From positions 608,001 through 672,000 of the forward strand of contig OZ219858.1 in the NCBI GenBank assembly GCA_964291395.2: 64,000 bases of DNA, in the 5' to 3' direction. The notes beneath the pieces were generated by a model. That model did not search any database and had not been told where the DNA came from. It saw only the letters and a program-made list of their open reading frames with translations. Positions 19,547 to 29,890 of the stretch are shown here, piece after piece. This stretch comes from Alphaproteobacteria bacterium. GTDB taxonomy: Bacteria; Pseudomonadota; Alphaproteobacteria; UBA2966. Each line of letters starts with the position of its first letter. The stretch's first letter is position 1. Position numbers and translations under genes: made by a program.

Positions 19547-20722
19547 CTATACGGGCGGGCGGTCGTATCCGGTCATGGAACCGGAGCGACGGCGCTGGTC
19601 GTATTCGATCAGGCGCACGGGCTTGCGCTTGCGGCCCCAGCCCCCGGGCGAACCATCATAAACGCCTGAAATTGCCATGCTGCAGGAGCGGCAGCGGCCC
19701 TTATCGTCGAGGTTCCAACGGGTCAACCTATACCAGTCACGTCCGATGACCATGTCGCCGCAGCACGGACAGTAGGTCGAACTGCAGGCTTCGTCGTGTA
19801 CGTTTCCGACGTACACGTGGTGGAGCCCGTTCCGCAGCGCAATGTCACGGGCACGGAGCAATGCCTTGTGTGGCGTGCGCGGCTTGTTGCGCATGCGATA
19901 GTCCGGATGGAAGGCCGTGAAGTGCAGCGGCACGTCAGTGCCGAGATTGTCGAGGAACCACCGCGTCATATTGTCGATCTCTTCGGGCGAGTCGTTTTCG
20001 CCGGGAATGAGAAGGGTCGTGACCTCGAACCACACATCGGTCTTGTTGCGCAGATAGATCAGCGTGTCGAGCACACGCGCAAGCTCTCCGGTGCAGAGCC
20101 TGTGATAGAAGTCCTCGGTGAACGCTTTGAGGTCGACGTTGGCGGCGTCTATGTAGGTGTAGAACTCCTCGCGCGCCTCCGGCGCCATATAACCGGCCGT
20201 CACCGCCACCGATTTCACACCGACCGCGTGGCAGGCCTTGGCAACGTCGATCGCGTACTCCAAAAAGATCGTTGGATCGTTGTAGGTGTAGGCCACGGAG
20301 CGGCAGCCGAGGTGCAAAGCCGCCTCTGCCAGCGTCTCCGGCGCGGCCGCGTCCGCCAGTGTATCGATCTCGCGCGACTTGCTGATGTCCCAATTCTGAC
20401 AGAATTTGCACGTGAGATTGCAGCCCGCCGTGCCAAACGACAGCACGGGTGTTCCCGGCAGGAACTGGTTCAACGGCTTCTTCTCGATCGGATCGACGCA
20501 GAATCCGCTCGACCGGCCATAGGTCGTGAGCACCATGCGTCCGCCCGAGTTCGCGCGCACGAAGCAGAGTCCGCGTTGGCCGTTCCTGAGCCTACAGAAG
20601 CGGGGGCAGATGTCGCACTGGATACGTCCGTCCCCGAGCGCATGCCAGTGGCGCCCGTCGGCACCCGTGATCACATCTTCGGCTATCGCAGCATCTCTCA
20701 TGATTCTGTCGGCGAGCACCAT
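19547..20722 (-). CDS. amrS: AmmeMemoRadiSam system radical SAM enzyme
   Basis: CDICPRFC...GLC N-terminus, DPIEKKPL, GCNLTCKFCQN (CxxxCxxC), FHPDY, YVGNV and C-terminal CPCC/CRSC. Confidence 0.93.
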   Translation of the reverse strand: MVLADRIMRDAAIAEDVITGADGRHWHALGDGRIQCDICPRFCRLRNGQRGLCFVRANSGGRMVLTTYGRSSGFCVDPIEKKPLNQFLPGTPVLSFGTAGCNLTCKFCQNWDISKSREIDTLADAAAPETLAEAALHLGCRSVAYTYNDPTIFLEYAIDVAKACHAVGVKSVAVTAGYMAPEAREEFYTYIDAANVDLKAFTEDFYHRLCTGELARVLDTLIYLRNKTDVWFEVTTLLIPGENDSPEEIDNMTRWFLDNLGTDVPLHFTAFHPDYRMRNKPRTPHKALLRARDIALRNGLHHVYVGNVHDEACSSTYCPCCGDMVIGRDWYRLTRWNLDDKGRCRSCSMAISGVYDGSPGGWGRKRKPVRLIEYDQRRRSGSMTGYDRPPV

Positions 20723-20940
20723 TCTACCCGATATGCGAGAGCGCGGAGGTAGTTTTTGAAGAGATGCCGACGCCGCTACGCCTGCCTGGAACCAGAGGTT
20801 TGCCGGTAACCGCTGTCGCCGCGGTCTAGCTAGGCAGGACTATATTTGGCACATCCGGGGGTGGTCATTAGAGTGACGCGACTCCCATCCACATTGGGGA
20901 CTCCCGCTGGTCGACGATGACCGCAAACAGGACAGGGATC

Positions 20941-22338
20941 ATGGCCACCCAAGAGACCTTCGAGCACATCCGTTCGCCTGCGGTCGCGGGTTTCTTCTAT
21001 CCGGAGGATCCCGGTGAACTGCGCGCCACGGTGGAAGCCTATCTGGCCGATGCCCGACAGACCAACCTCGAAGATCCGGATACGCCTTGGCCCAAGGCCG
21101 TGATCGCACCCCACGCAGGCTACGTCTATTCCGGCCCCGTCGCCGCCTCCGTCTATGCACGGCTCGAAGCGGCCCGCGAGACCGTGGAACGGGTCGTTCT
21201 GCTGGGACCATCGCATCGCATCGGCTTCACCGGCCTCGCCGTTTCCAGCGCCGAAGCCTACGTCACGCCCCTCGGTCCCATACCGATCGACGCACACGCC
21301 ATCGCCCAAGTCGCCGGGTTCAAACAGGTTCGGCTCATGGACGAAGCCCACGCTCAGGAGCATAGCCTAGAGGTGCACCTCCCCTTCCTCCAGACGGTGC
21401 TCCGAGACTTTCAACTCGTTCCGGTCGTGGTCGGGGACGTGGCGCCCGACGATGTCGCACGCGCACTCGACGCCCTGTGGGGCGGCCCGGAGACCCTGAT
21501 CGTCATCAGTTCGGACCTCAGCCACTATCATGACTACGCCACGGCGAACGAAATGGATAGCGCAACATGTCGTGCCATCCAGATGCTGCAGATGGATGGA
21601 GTGACCACTCAGGGCGCCTGCGGCGGACGTCCCATCCGTGGGCTGATGGCGCTCGCCCGATGCCGGGATCTGCGTATCACACTCGTAGACCTGCGCAATT
21701 CGGGCGATACCGCGGGTCCTCGCGACAAAGTCGTGGGTTATGGCTCGTTCATCGTCGAAGAAGGTGAGCGCCAGCACCTGTCCGCACGGTTTCGCAAGCA
21801 TCTCGGCGATATCGCCCATCGGGCCATTCGAACGGGACTGTCGACCGGAAAGGAACTCAACCTGTCCGCCTCCATGCTGTCGCCACGGCTGTCGGCACCC
21901 CGTGCCAGCTTCGTGACGCTGGAGCGGGACGGTTGCCTGCGGGGCTGTATCGGATCGCTCTTTCCGCATCAGCCGTTGGCCACCGACGTCGCCAAAAACG
22001 CCTTTCGCGCGGCGTTCAAGGATCCGAGGTTCGAACCGCTTACCGAAGACGAATACGAGGGCATCGATCTGACTATTTCGATCCTGAGTGCTCCCGTCCC
22101 GCTGAAGTTTGCGTCGGAGGAAGACTTGATCGGCAAACTGAGGCCCGGCATCGACGGCCTTGTCCTGGAAGACGGGAAAAAACGGGGCACCTTCTTGCCG
22201 CGGGTCTGGAAGCACCACCCCGAGGCATCCGTATTCCTTCGTCACCTGAAGGCGAAGGCAGGGCTCGAGCCGGACTATTGGGCGGACACCCTCAGAGTCT
22301 GGCGCTACATCACGGAGTCCTTCGTACCGGCAATGTAA
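20941..22338 (+). CDS. amrB: AmmeMemoRadiSam protein B (Memo-like) fused to protein A (AMMECR1-like)
   Basis: N-terminal RSPAVAGFFYP, PHAGYVYSG, EHSLEVHLPFL, SSDLSHY and ACG. C-terminal FVTL...LRGCIG, DPRF, TFLPRVW and KAG. Start 20917 or 20941. Confidence 0.92.
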   Translation: MATQETFEHIRSPAVAGFFYPEDPGELRATVEAYLADARQTNLEDPDTPWPKAVIAPHAGYVYSGPVAASVYARLEAARETVERVVLLGPSHRIGFTGLAVSSAEAYVTPLGPIPIDAHAIAQVAGFKQVRLMDEAHAQEHSLEVHLPFLQTVLRDFQLVPVVVGDVAPDDVARALDALWGGPETLIVISSDLSHYHDYATANEMDSATCRAIQMLQMDGVTTQGACGGRPIRGLMALARCRDLRITLVDLRNSGDTAGPRDKVVGYGSFIVEEGERQHLSARFRKHLGDIAHRAIRTGLSTGKELNLSASMLSPRLSAPRASFVTLERDGCLRGCIGSLFPHQPLATDVAKNAFRAAFKDPRFEPLTEDEYEGIDLTISILSAPVPLKFASEEDLIGKLRPGIDGLVLEDGKKRGTFLPRVWKHHPEASVFLRHLKAKAGLEPDYWADTLRVWRYITESFVPAM

Positions 22339-22507
22339 CGTCACCTATTCGAGACATTTCTGTTCCTCGGCATAACAGCTCTCCTCACGCTTTACGGGAT
22401 TCTCAATCTTGAATATTGAGTGACTCGAATCCACCCGGATCTGTCGCCAATCTCGGAAAGTTCCTAGGAGAACGACACAATCATATTGATTCCAATAGAA
22501 AATTTCC

Positions 22508-22536
22508 TTGACAACGGATTCCACTTTGCTCATTTT
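22508..22536 (+). promoter_or_regulatory. Candidate sigma70 promoter for the M23 peptidase gene
   Basis: TTGACA-N17-CATTTT in an AT-rich intergenic stretch. Confidence 0.4.
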
Positions 22537-22602
22537 TGCGTAGCTTAGTTTTCACTCCCTGGAATCGTACAAAGGGTCGACACCGGGAGACGCTCATCAG
22601 AC

Positions 22603-24057
22603 ATGGCCAGAACGCACCGAGCCCGTCGGTTCAGGCGTAATGCTCGACGCATTGACGGTTTCCGCGTAAGAAGGTTCACCGTCTATGGCATAATCTTCGG
22701 CCTTGGCATCTTCGTAGCGTTGGCAACCACACTAGACCTGCCGACGTTGGACAGTGCGACCGACCCGACCGACCGCCCTGCGGACTTGGTCACCGCTCCC
22801 GATTCCTATGCGGATCCGCCATCGGATCGTGCCGCTTCGCCCGAAGGCGAGGACGCTGCCTCGGTCGAACTGGAACCGGCCGTCGCGCCTGCGGCGGACC
22901 CCGAGCCCACCATCGAGGAGCGGCACATCACCGTGCGCCGCGGCGATACGTTGATGAAGGTGCTGCGCCGGACCGGTGCCGAACATGACGAAGCTCATAC
23001 CGCGATTACGGCGCTCAAAACGATTTTCGATCCGCGACGCCTCATGGTGGGGCAGAAACTGACGGCGTCGTTCCGGCGCTCCGAGTCCTCGGACAACAAG
23101 TCAAAGAAGACTGGGGAACTCATGTCGGTGATGGTGAAGCTCGACGTCGAGCGCAGCGTCGCTGCAAACCGGGTAGAAGACGGATTCGAAGCCACGGAGA
23201 TCGTGCGGTCTTTCGAACCCGCCTTCGTCAGAGGCATCGGCCGGATCGACGACAGTCTGTTCGTTTCCGCCCGGCGCGCGGGCGTCCCCGCACAAATTAT
23301 CATGAATCTCATCCGCATGTTCAGCTGGGACGTCGACTTCCAGCGGGAGATCCGGCGCGGTGACCGCTTCGAAATCCTTTTCGAAACATTCAGAGATAAC
23401 GACGGTCGACCTGTGAAGAACGGCGACATTCTGTTCGCGTCTCTTTCGTTGAGCGGCGCAGACCTACGGCTCTACCGCTTCGCCACCAGTGATGGCGTCG
23501 TCGACTACTACGATCCCAAGGGGCAGAGTGCCCGCAAAGCCCTGATGAAGACCCCGGTAGACGGCGCGCGGCTGTCATCGCGCTACGGCAAGCGGCGCCA
23601 TCCAATCCTCGGTTACAACATGATGCATCGTGGGATCGACTTCGCAGCGCCCAGAGGCACCCCGATCATGGCTGCGGGCGACGGCGTCGTTGAGCGCGCC
23701 AGCCGCTACGGCGCCTACGGCAAGTACGTCCGCATCCGCCACAACAACACCTACAAGACCGCTTACGCTCATCTGAAAAGCTATGCCAAAGGCGTGAGAG
23801 CGGGGAAACGGGTCCGGCAAGGACAGATCATCGGATACGTGGGTTCAACTGGAAGATCGACCGGACCTCATCTGCACTATGAGATCCACCGGAACGGCAA
23901 GCAGATAAACCCGCTGCGCCTGAAGCTGCCGACGGGCAGGAAACTCAAGGGACGCGAGCTCGCCCGTTTCCTTGAAGAGAAGGCCAGCATCGATGTCGCG
24001 CTGAACGAAACACCGGCACTATCCCGCCTCGCGCAGGCCGACACCGGGGCCGAGTAG
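22603..24057 (+). CDS. M23-family peptidoglycan DD-endopeptidase (MepM/LytM-like)
   Basis: N-terminal TM anchor, LysM-like VRRGDTL, and HRGIDF (HxxxD), YAHL and GPHLHYE (HxH) motifs. Confidence 0.93.
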   Translation: MARTHRARRFRRNARRIDGFRVRRFTVYGIIFGLGIFVALATTLDLPTLDSATDPTDRPADLVTAPDSYADPPSDRAASPEGEDAASVELEPAVAPAADPEPTIEERHITVRRGDTLMKVLRRTGAEHDEAHTAITALKTIFDPRRLMVGQKLTASFRRSESSDNKSKKTGELMSVMVKLDVERSVAANRVEDGFEATEIVRSFEPAFVRGIGRIDDSLFVSARRAGVPAQIIMNLIRMFSWDVDFQREIRRGDRFEILFETFRDNDGRPVKNGDILFASLSLSGADLRLYRFATSDGVVDYYDPKGQSARKALMKTPVDGARLSSRYGKRRHPILGYNMMHRGIDFAAPRGTPIMAAGDGVVERASRYGAYGKYVRIRHNNTYKTAYAHLKSYAKGVRAGKRVRQGQIIGYVGSTGRSTGPHLHYEIHRNGKQINPLRLKLPTGRKLKGRELARFLEEKASIDVALNETPALSRLAQADTGAE

Positions 24058-24087
24058 CCCACCCTCTGCTTCGAGGTTCGGTGGACC

Positions 24088-26676
24088 TTATGCCGCCTGT
24101 ACCAATTCGTCATTCACGATCAGGCCGCCGTCTCCGGCAGTGACCTTGACGGCATCGCCTTCGCCGATCTCCCCCTCGAGAATCATGCTGGCCAGAACGT
24201 TCTGAAGCTGCCGCTGGATCGCGCGCTTGAGAGGCCGGGCGCCATAGACCGGATCGTAGCCCGCGTTGGCCAGCCAGGTCCGGCCGGCCTCTTCGATTTC
24301 GAGCGTTATGTTGCGCTCCTTGAGCAACGACTGCAGCGAACGGAGCTGAATGTCGACAATGCCCGTCATGTCGGTGCGACTGAGACGGTGGAACAAGATG
24401 ATCTCGTCGAGACGATTGAGGAACTCGGGCCGGAACGCCGCCCGCACCACCTCCATCACCTGTTCCCGCGCCGATTCCACGTCTTCCCCGTCCGCCAGAG
24501 TCGCCAAGTGATCGGAACCGAGGTTCGAGGTCAGGATGATCAGTGTATTTCGGAAATCGACCGTGCGGCCATGTCCGTCCGTCAAGCGCCCGTCATCGAG
24601 CACCTGGAGCAGCACATTGAACACGTCGGGATGGGCCTTTTCGATCTCGTCGAACAGGATCACCTGATAGGGGCGGCGGCGAACCACCTCGGTCAGGGCA
24701 CCCCCCTCCTCGTACCCGACGTAGCCGGGCGGCGCCCCGATGAGGCGCGCGACGGCATGCCTTTCCATGTACTCGGACATGTCGATACGGACCATGGCTT
24801 GCTCATCGTCGAACAAGCGCTCCGCCAGCGCCTTCGTGAGCTCAGTCTTGCCGACACCGGTCGGTCCCAGAAACAGGAAGGAACCGATCGGCCGGTGGGA
24901 GTCCTGAAGACCCGCCCGGGCACGACGTACGGCATTCGCCACGGCACCGACAGCCTCCTCCTGACCGACAACGCGCTGGGCCAGTTCGGATTCCAGCCCA
25001 AGGAGCTTTTCGCGTTCGCCTTCCAGCAACTTGTCGACCGGCACCCCGGTCCAGCGCGCAACGACATTCGCGATATCTTCGGCGGTGACCTCCTCCCGCA
25101 TGATCTGCTGTTCGTCTTCCGCCTCGGCGCTCGCCAGGCTTTTCTCGAGTTCCGGAATGACTCCGTATACCAGTTCCCCGGCCCGCGCGAGATCGCCATC
25201 CCGTTGGGCACGCTCCAATTCGTTACGGGCGGCGTCAAGCTGCTCCTTGGCCTTCTGAGCCCCAGCCAGCTTGTCCTTTTGGGCCTGCCATTTCGCGGTC
25301 AACGCAGCGCTGGACTGCTCGAGCTCGGCGAGTTCCTTCTCGAGCCGTTGCAGCCGTTCGTGGGACGCCGAGTCGTCCTCTTTCTTGAGAGCTTCGCGCT
25401 CGATCTTGAGCTGGATGATGCGACGGTCAAGCTCGTCGATCTCTTCAGGCTTGGAATCCACTTCCATGCGCCGCCGACTGGTAGCCTCATCGACGAGATC
25501 GATGGCCTTGTCGGGCAGGAATCGGTCCGTGATGTAGCGGTTCGACAGCGTCGCGGCGGCGACGATCGCACCGTCGGTGATGCGGACACCGTGATGAAGC
25601 TCGTACTTCTCCTTCAACCCGCGCAGGATGGAAACGGAGTCCTCGACGGTCGGTTCCGTGACGAATACGGATTGGAAACGACGGGCCAGCGCACCGTCCT
25701 TCTCGACATGCTTGCGATATTCATCGAGCGTGGTGGCACCGACACAATGCAGCTCGCCACGCGCCAAAGCCGGTTTCAACAGGTTGGACGCATCCACCGC
25801 GCCTTCGGCCGCGCCCGCGCCGATGAGGGTGTGCATCTCGTCGATGAACAGGATGACGTCGCCAGCCGCCTGAATTTCGGAAAGCACAGCTTTCAAGCGT
25901 TCTTCGAACTCACCCCGGAACTTAGCGCCCGCGATCAAGGCACCGAGATCAAGGGCCATCAGACGCTTGTTTCGGAGCGACTCCGGAACGTCCCGATTGA
26001 CGATTCGTTGTGCCAATCCTTCGATGATGGCCGTCTTGCCAACGCCAGGCTCGCCGATCAGAACCGGATTGTTCTTCGTCCGCCGCGACAGCACCTGAAT
26101 CGTACGCCGTATCTCTTCGTCGCGACCGATGACCGGATCGAGCTTGCCCTGAGTCGCATCGTCCGTGAGATCGCGGGCAAATCTCTTCAGAGCCTCGAAG
26201 GTATCCTCGGCGCCCGCGGTGTCGGCGGTGCGCCCCTTCCGCATATCGGAGATGGCGAAGTCGAGCGCTTGAGGCGTGACGCCGGCATCTCCCAGAATTT
26301 TGGCCGCTCCCGTTCTCGTTGCCACCGCGAGCGCCAGAAGCAAGCGTTCGACAGTGACATAGGTGTCGCCCGCCTTTCCTGCGAGTTGCTCCGCCGACTC
26401 GAAAAGGCGCGCGGTCTCCGGCGCGAGATACACCTGCCCGGCACCCGACCCCTCAACCTTGGGAAGCTTGGCGAGGGTCGCCTCGACACCATTCCGAGCT
26501 TTCCTGGCGTCACCACCTGCGCTGCCGATGAGATTGACGCACAGACCTTCCCCGTCGTCGAGCAGCACCTTCAAGAGATGCTCTGGCGTAAAGCGTTGAT
26601 GACCGGAGCGAAGCGCCAGACCTTGCGCGGCCTGGATGAACCCTTTGGACCGCTCGGTATAGGTCTCAAAATCCAT
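24088..26676 (-). CDS. clpB: ATP-dependent chaperone ClpB
   Basis: Two AAA+ modules ([16 protein letters not shown]), [10 protein letters not shown], a long coiled-coil middle domain and GARPLKR. Confidence 0.98.
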   Translation of the reverse strand: MDFETYTERSKGFIQAAQGLALRSGHQRFTPEHLLKVLLDDGEGLCVNLIGSAGGDARKARNGVEATLAKLPKVEGSGAGQVYLAPETARLFESAEQLAGKAGDTYVTVERLLLALAVATRTGAAKILGDAGVTPQALDFAISDMRKGRTADTAGAEDTFEALKRFARDLTDDATQGKLDPVIGRDEEIRRTIQVLSRRTKNNPVLIGEPGVGKTAIIEGLAQRIVNRDVPESLRNKRLMALDLGALIAGAKFRGEFEERLKAVLSEIQAAGDVILFIDEMHTLIGAGAAEGAVDASNLLKPALARGELHCVGATTLDEYRKHVEKDGALARRFQSVFVTEPTVEDSVSILRGLKEKYELHHGVRITDGAIVAAATLSNRYITDRFLPDKAIDLVDEATSRRRMEVDSKPEEIDELDRRIIQLKIEREALKKEDDSASHERLQRLEKELAELEQSSAALTAKWQAQKDKLAGAQKAKEQLDAARNELERAQRDGDLARAGELVYGVIPELEKSLASAEAEDEQQIMREEVTAEDIANVVARWTGVPVDKLLEGEREKLLGLESELAQRVVGQEEAVGAVANAVRRARAGLQDSHRPIGSFLFLGPTGVGKTELTKALAERLFDDEQAMVRIDMSEYMERHAVARLIGAPPGYVGYEEGGALTEVVRRRPYQVILFDEIEKAHPDVFNVLLQVLDDGRLTDGHGRTVDFRNTLIILTSNLGSDHLATLADGEDVESAREQVMEVVRAAFRPEFLNRLDEIILFHRLSRTDMTGIVDIQLRSLQSLLKERNITLEIEEAGRTWLANAGYDPVYGARPLKRAIQRQLQNVLASMILEGEIGEGDAVKVTAGDGGLIVNDELVQAA

Positions 26677-26804
26677 AATGATGCCCCAACAATGTCAGGC
26701 CCAATGTGAAATCACCGTCCGCGAAATGGCCCGGTCGTACGCTCCAGCATCGCAGCCCCGAATCAAATGACCGAGATGCGACAGCTGCAACGGCACTGCC
26801 TCAT

Positions 26805-26832
26805 ATGTAGTGTTGCTCAATTGTCACACAAG
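26805..26832 (-). promoter_or_regulatory. Candidate RpoH (sigma32) promoter upstream of clpB
   Basis: Minus strand CTTG-N18-CTACAT resembles the alphaproteobacterial heat-shock consensus, and the location suits clpB. Confidence 0.5.
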
Positions 26833-27014
26833 GGGGTAGTGTCGGAAACGCGGTCTCACTGAAGCCCGGGTGGTAGGGGCCACCACGCGGCCTGCCGGTT
26901 GGAGTGACAAGGAACGCCGGAGCGGTTCCACTTGAACTGGAACCGTTTTAGCCTGTCCTGAAAGTCTTCGCCGATTTGTTAAGGTTGAACCATGGGGAAC
27001 CGGGCACCCCCCGG

Positions 27015-27566
27015 TCACGCACTGGCGGCGGCATCCCCCTCCGACCCTGTCGGCTCGGCCTCGCTGGTGTCCTCCACCACGGCCGGTTGATTGTCGCGCC
27101 GCTTGTCATCTCCGTTTTCGGGCTCGCTTGCCGCTACCGACACGTCAGATCCCGGTCGATCTTTTTCCTCCGCATTGGGTGCAGGCTCCGCCCGTGTGTC
27201 CATGTGGTACACGGGTGCCTGCTCGCCAGACAACGCGATCTCCGCAGGCGAGACCATGGTGCTGCGACGGCCGTTGTAACGGCTTTGTCCTTGCCCCTGC
27301 CCTTGGCTCTGTCCCTGTTGCCCGTCATCGCCGTGTACGACGCGATAATAATGCTCAGCGTGCTGCAAATAACCTTCGGCCTTGATCCGGTCGCCGGACG
27401 ATGACGCGTCTCGCGCCAAGGCGAGATAGCGATCGCATACCTGCGTCGCAGTTCCCCTGACTTTAACGTCAGGTCCATTGCTGTCGTAGGTTCGATTGGG
27501 CCCGTAATTTGATCGCCGGCCACCCGAGCGGCCACGGCCTCTCTTGGGGTTTGAATTGTGCTTCAT
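27015..27566 (-). CDS. DUF4167 domain protein
   Basis: NRTYDSNGPDVKVRGTATQV...YLALARDA...GDRIKAEGYLQHAEHYYR with an acidic disordered tail; typical position between prmC and clpB. Confidence 0.9.
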   Translation of the reverse strand: MKHNSNPKRGRGRSGGRRSNYGPNRTYDSNGPDVKVRGTATQVCDRYLALARDASSSGDRIKAEGYLQHAEHYYRVVHGDDGQQGQSQGQGQGQSRYNGRRSTMVSPAEIALSGEQAPVYHMDTRAEPAPNAEEKDRPGSDVSVAASEPENGDDKRRDNQPAVVEDTSEAEPTGSEGDAAASA

Positions 27567-27780
27567 CACCTCGTGCCACCAGTATTTGTGCCACTGCCCG
27601 TAGACAAACCACGCATTGTGCGGGGTCGTCCCGCGATACCTACTCAAAGCGGCTGTCTGGCAGGTCCCCTGCACCCCCGAACAACGCTCGACCATACATA
27701 TCCGAACTGTTCGGCATTGCTGGAGTGGAGTTGGCGGCCCGTCATCATTGTTGTTGTCCCGCCAAATCCTAACGATGACC

Positions 27781-28731
27781 CTAGCGGCCCCGAGCCGCCA
27801 TTCCAAGCCCTTTTTTGTCTTGACATTCCGGCGCTCGCATTCGTGCGAGAAGGCATCGTTCCACCCCTGCGAGGTCGCAACGGGACTCGATCGTGGCAAA
27901 TCCCGCACCACGCAGGAGCGACCTGACGTTCCGTTCCTGGCCCCGGCCGATTTCGAGTGCCGCCAGTCCCGTCGAACAAAGCAGTCGAGGCAAACCTGGC
28001 ACAATCTCCCGGTAGGCTTCGAGGCCATCGTGTCCGCCGAAGAGGGCGCGGTGCGGATCGTAGTCGACAACCTCGGGTGCCAAGTCAACCATGTCGCGGA
28101 CCGCCACATATGGCGGGTTCACCACGACGATGTCGAATCCTCCGCGCAAAGCGCCCCCCCAGTTTGCGCAAACAAGTCGAGCGCGCTGATAAAGACCGTT
28201 CCGGATGAGGTTTCGGCATGCCACGCGGAGCGTGACCGGCTCGATGTCGACCCCGATGCCGGTTGCGGCCGGCAATTCGCTGAGCAGTGCCGTGATTAGA
28301 CATCCGCTGCCCGTCCCAAGATCGAGCAACCGGATTGGCGCCTCGCGGTCTCGCACCGCTGAAAGGACGGCCTCGACAAGGGTTTCACTGTCGAGACGGG
28401 GATCGAAGACCGAGTCTGCCAGTTCGAAGGTCAAGCTCCAGAACTCCCGCTCGCCGACGATCCGCGAGACGGGTTCACGATTGAGGCGCCGAGATATGAG
28501 CTGCTGGAAACGGCAAACGGCATCATGTGTGACAACGTCTTTCCCACGACCGGCGAAACTTGCAGGGTCGCGATTCATGGCATGACCCAACAGACATCGC
28601 GCATCCAGTCGCGGCGTATCTATACCGGCTTCCGCCAGCCGTGCCGCCGCGTCCCGAAGAACGTCGACGGCCCTGGTCGTCAGTTCTGGGACCGGGCCGG
28701 AGTCGTCCAAGAACCCAACTGTCGCATCCAT
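27781..28731 (-). CDS. prmC: Release factor glutamine methyltransferase
   Basis: REPVSRIVGEREFWS, LDLGTGSGC and NPPY; downstream of prfA. Confidence 0.95.
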   Translation of the reverse strand: MDATVGFLDDSGPVPELTTRAVDVLRDAAARLAEAGIDTPRLDARCLLGHAMNRDPASFAGRGKDVVTHDAVCRFQQLISRRLNREPVSRIVGEREFWSLTFELADSVFDPRLDSETLVEAVLSAVRDREAPIRLLDLGTGSGCLITALLSELPAATGIGVDIEPVTLRVACRNLIRNGLYQRARLVCANWGGALRGGFDIVVVNPPYVAVRDMVDLAPEVVDYDPHRALFGGHDGLEAYREIVPGLPRLLCSTGLAALEIGRGQERNVRSLLRGAGFATIESRCDLAGVERCLLARMRAPECQDKKGLGMAARGR

Positions 28732-28744
28732 GTCATCACCCGCG

Positions 28745-29833
28745 TTACGCGTCGGCTTCCATCTCGGTCAGCCGACTCGCCTGATCCTCCCCGATAAGCC
28801 TTTCGATCACCTCGTCCAATGCTTCTCCGGCCAGCACGCGATCAAGCTTGTGAAGGGTGAGGTTGATACGGTGATCGGTGACGCGTCCCTGAGGAAAGTT
28901 ATAGGTGCGCACGCGCTCCGACCGGTCGCCTGAGCCAACTTGGCCGCGCCGCTGTTCCGCCCGTTCGGCGTGCGCCCGCTCGCGTTCAAGCTCATACAGC
29001 CTGGAGCGCAGAATCTTTAGTGCCTTCGCCCGGTTCTTGTGCTGGGACTTCTCGTCCTGTTGGGTCACCACGATCCCCGTCGGAAGATGCGTGATGCGGA
29101 CCGCCGAATCGGTTGTGTTCACGGACTGACCCCCCGGCCCGCTGGCACGGTAGACATCGACGCGGAGGTCCTTGTCGTCGAGTTCAACGTCGATGTCCTC
29201 GGCCTCCGGCAGGACAGCCACGGTCGCTGCAGAGGTGTGTATGCGACCGCTACTCTCTGTTTCCGGCACGCGTTGAACCCGGTGCACACCGGATTCAAAC
29301 TTGAGACGGGCGAACACGCCCGACCCCGAGATCAACGCCTGGGCTTCCTTGATCCCGTTGAGATCGGTCTCGGACAGTTGGAGGGGTTCGACCTTCCATC
29401 CTCTTATCTCGGCATAGCGCTGATACATGCGGTAGAGATCGGCAGCGAACAAGGCCGCTTCGTCGCCACCAGTGCCGGCGCGAATCTCCAGGATTGCGTT
29501 CTTCTGATCGGCTGCATCCCGAGGCAGGAGGAGAACCTGCATTTTCCGTTCGAGTTGGGGCAGCCACCGCCGATGTCCGGCGAGTTCCTCCTCGGCCAGC
29601 GCCCGCATCTCGCCATCGGTATCCGGATCCCCCAGCAGTTCCTCCAGATCCGCCACTTCACCCCGCATTTTTTGGAGCTCAACGGCACTTTCGACGACCG
29701 GGGTCAGCTCGGCATATTCCTTGGACAGGCGGACGAACTCATCGCCGCCGCCCGGGACCGTCGCCAATTCGCCCTCCAGTGCGGCGTGACGGTCGATAAT
29801 CCTCTGCAGCTTCTCTTCCGGGATCTTGGCCAC
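28745..29833 (-). CDS. prfA: Peptide chain release factor 1
   Basis: [12 protein letters not shown] (PxT) and GPGGQSVN (GGQ). Confidence 0.98.
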   Translation of the reverse strand: MAKIPEEKLQRIIDRHAALEGELATVPGGGDEFVRLSKEYAELTPVVESAVELQKMRGEVADLEELLGDPDTDGEMRALAEEELAGHRRWLPQLERKMQVLLLPRDAADQKNAILEIRAGTGGDEAALFAADLYRMYQRYAEIRGWKVEPLQLSETDLNGIKEAQALISGSGVFARLKFESGVHRVQRVPETESSGRIHTSAATVAVLPEAEDIDVELDDKDLRVDVYRASGPGGQSVNTTDSAVRITHLPTGIVVTQQDEKSQHKNRAKALKILRSRLYELERERAHAERAEQRRGQVGSGDRSERVRTYNFPQGRVTDHRINLTLHKLDRVLAGEALDEVIERLIGEDQASRLTEMEADA

Positions 29834-29890
29834 GGACTTCCTGCCTCCACAGGGTCGTCCGGCGTAATGTGGGCGCCGGCGCGGACTTCT

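Noticed and set aside
24388-26709. 773-aa plus-strand ORF opposite clpB, and similar long antisense ORFs opposite the ABC ATPase, prfA, hisS, secA and cobT
   Set aside because: Shadow frames expected from GC-rich codon bias; they have no recognisable motifs and lie over well-supported genes.
27567-27780. GC-rich hairpins in the leader upstream of the DUF4167 gene as an ncRNA
   Set aside because: Only short stems, expected at this GC content, and no family I can recognise; an Rfam or covariance search would be needed.
27567-28109. 181-aa N-terminal extension of the DUF4167 ORF overlapping prmC
   Set aside because: The recognisable protein starts at MKHNSNPKR (27566); the extension is open-frame run-on.
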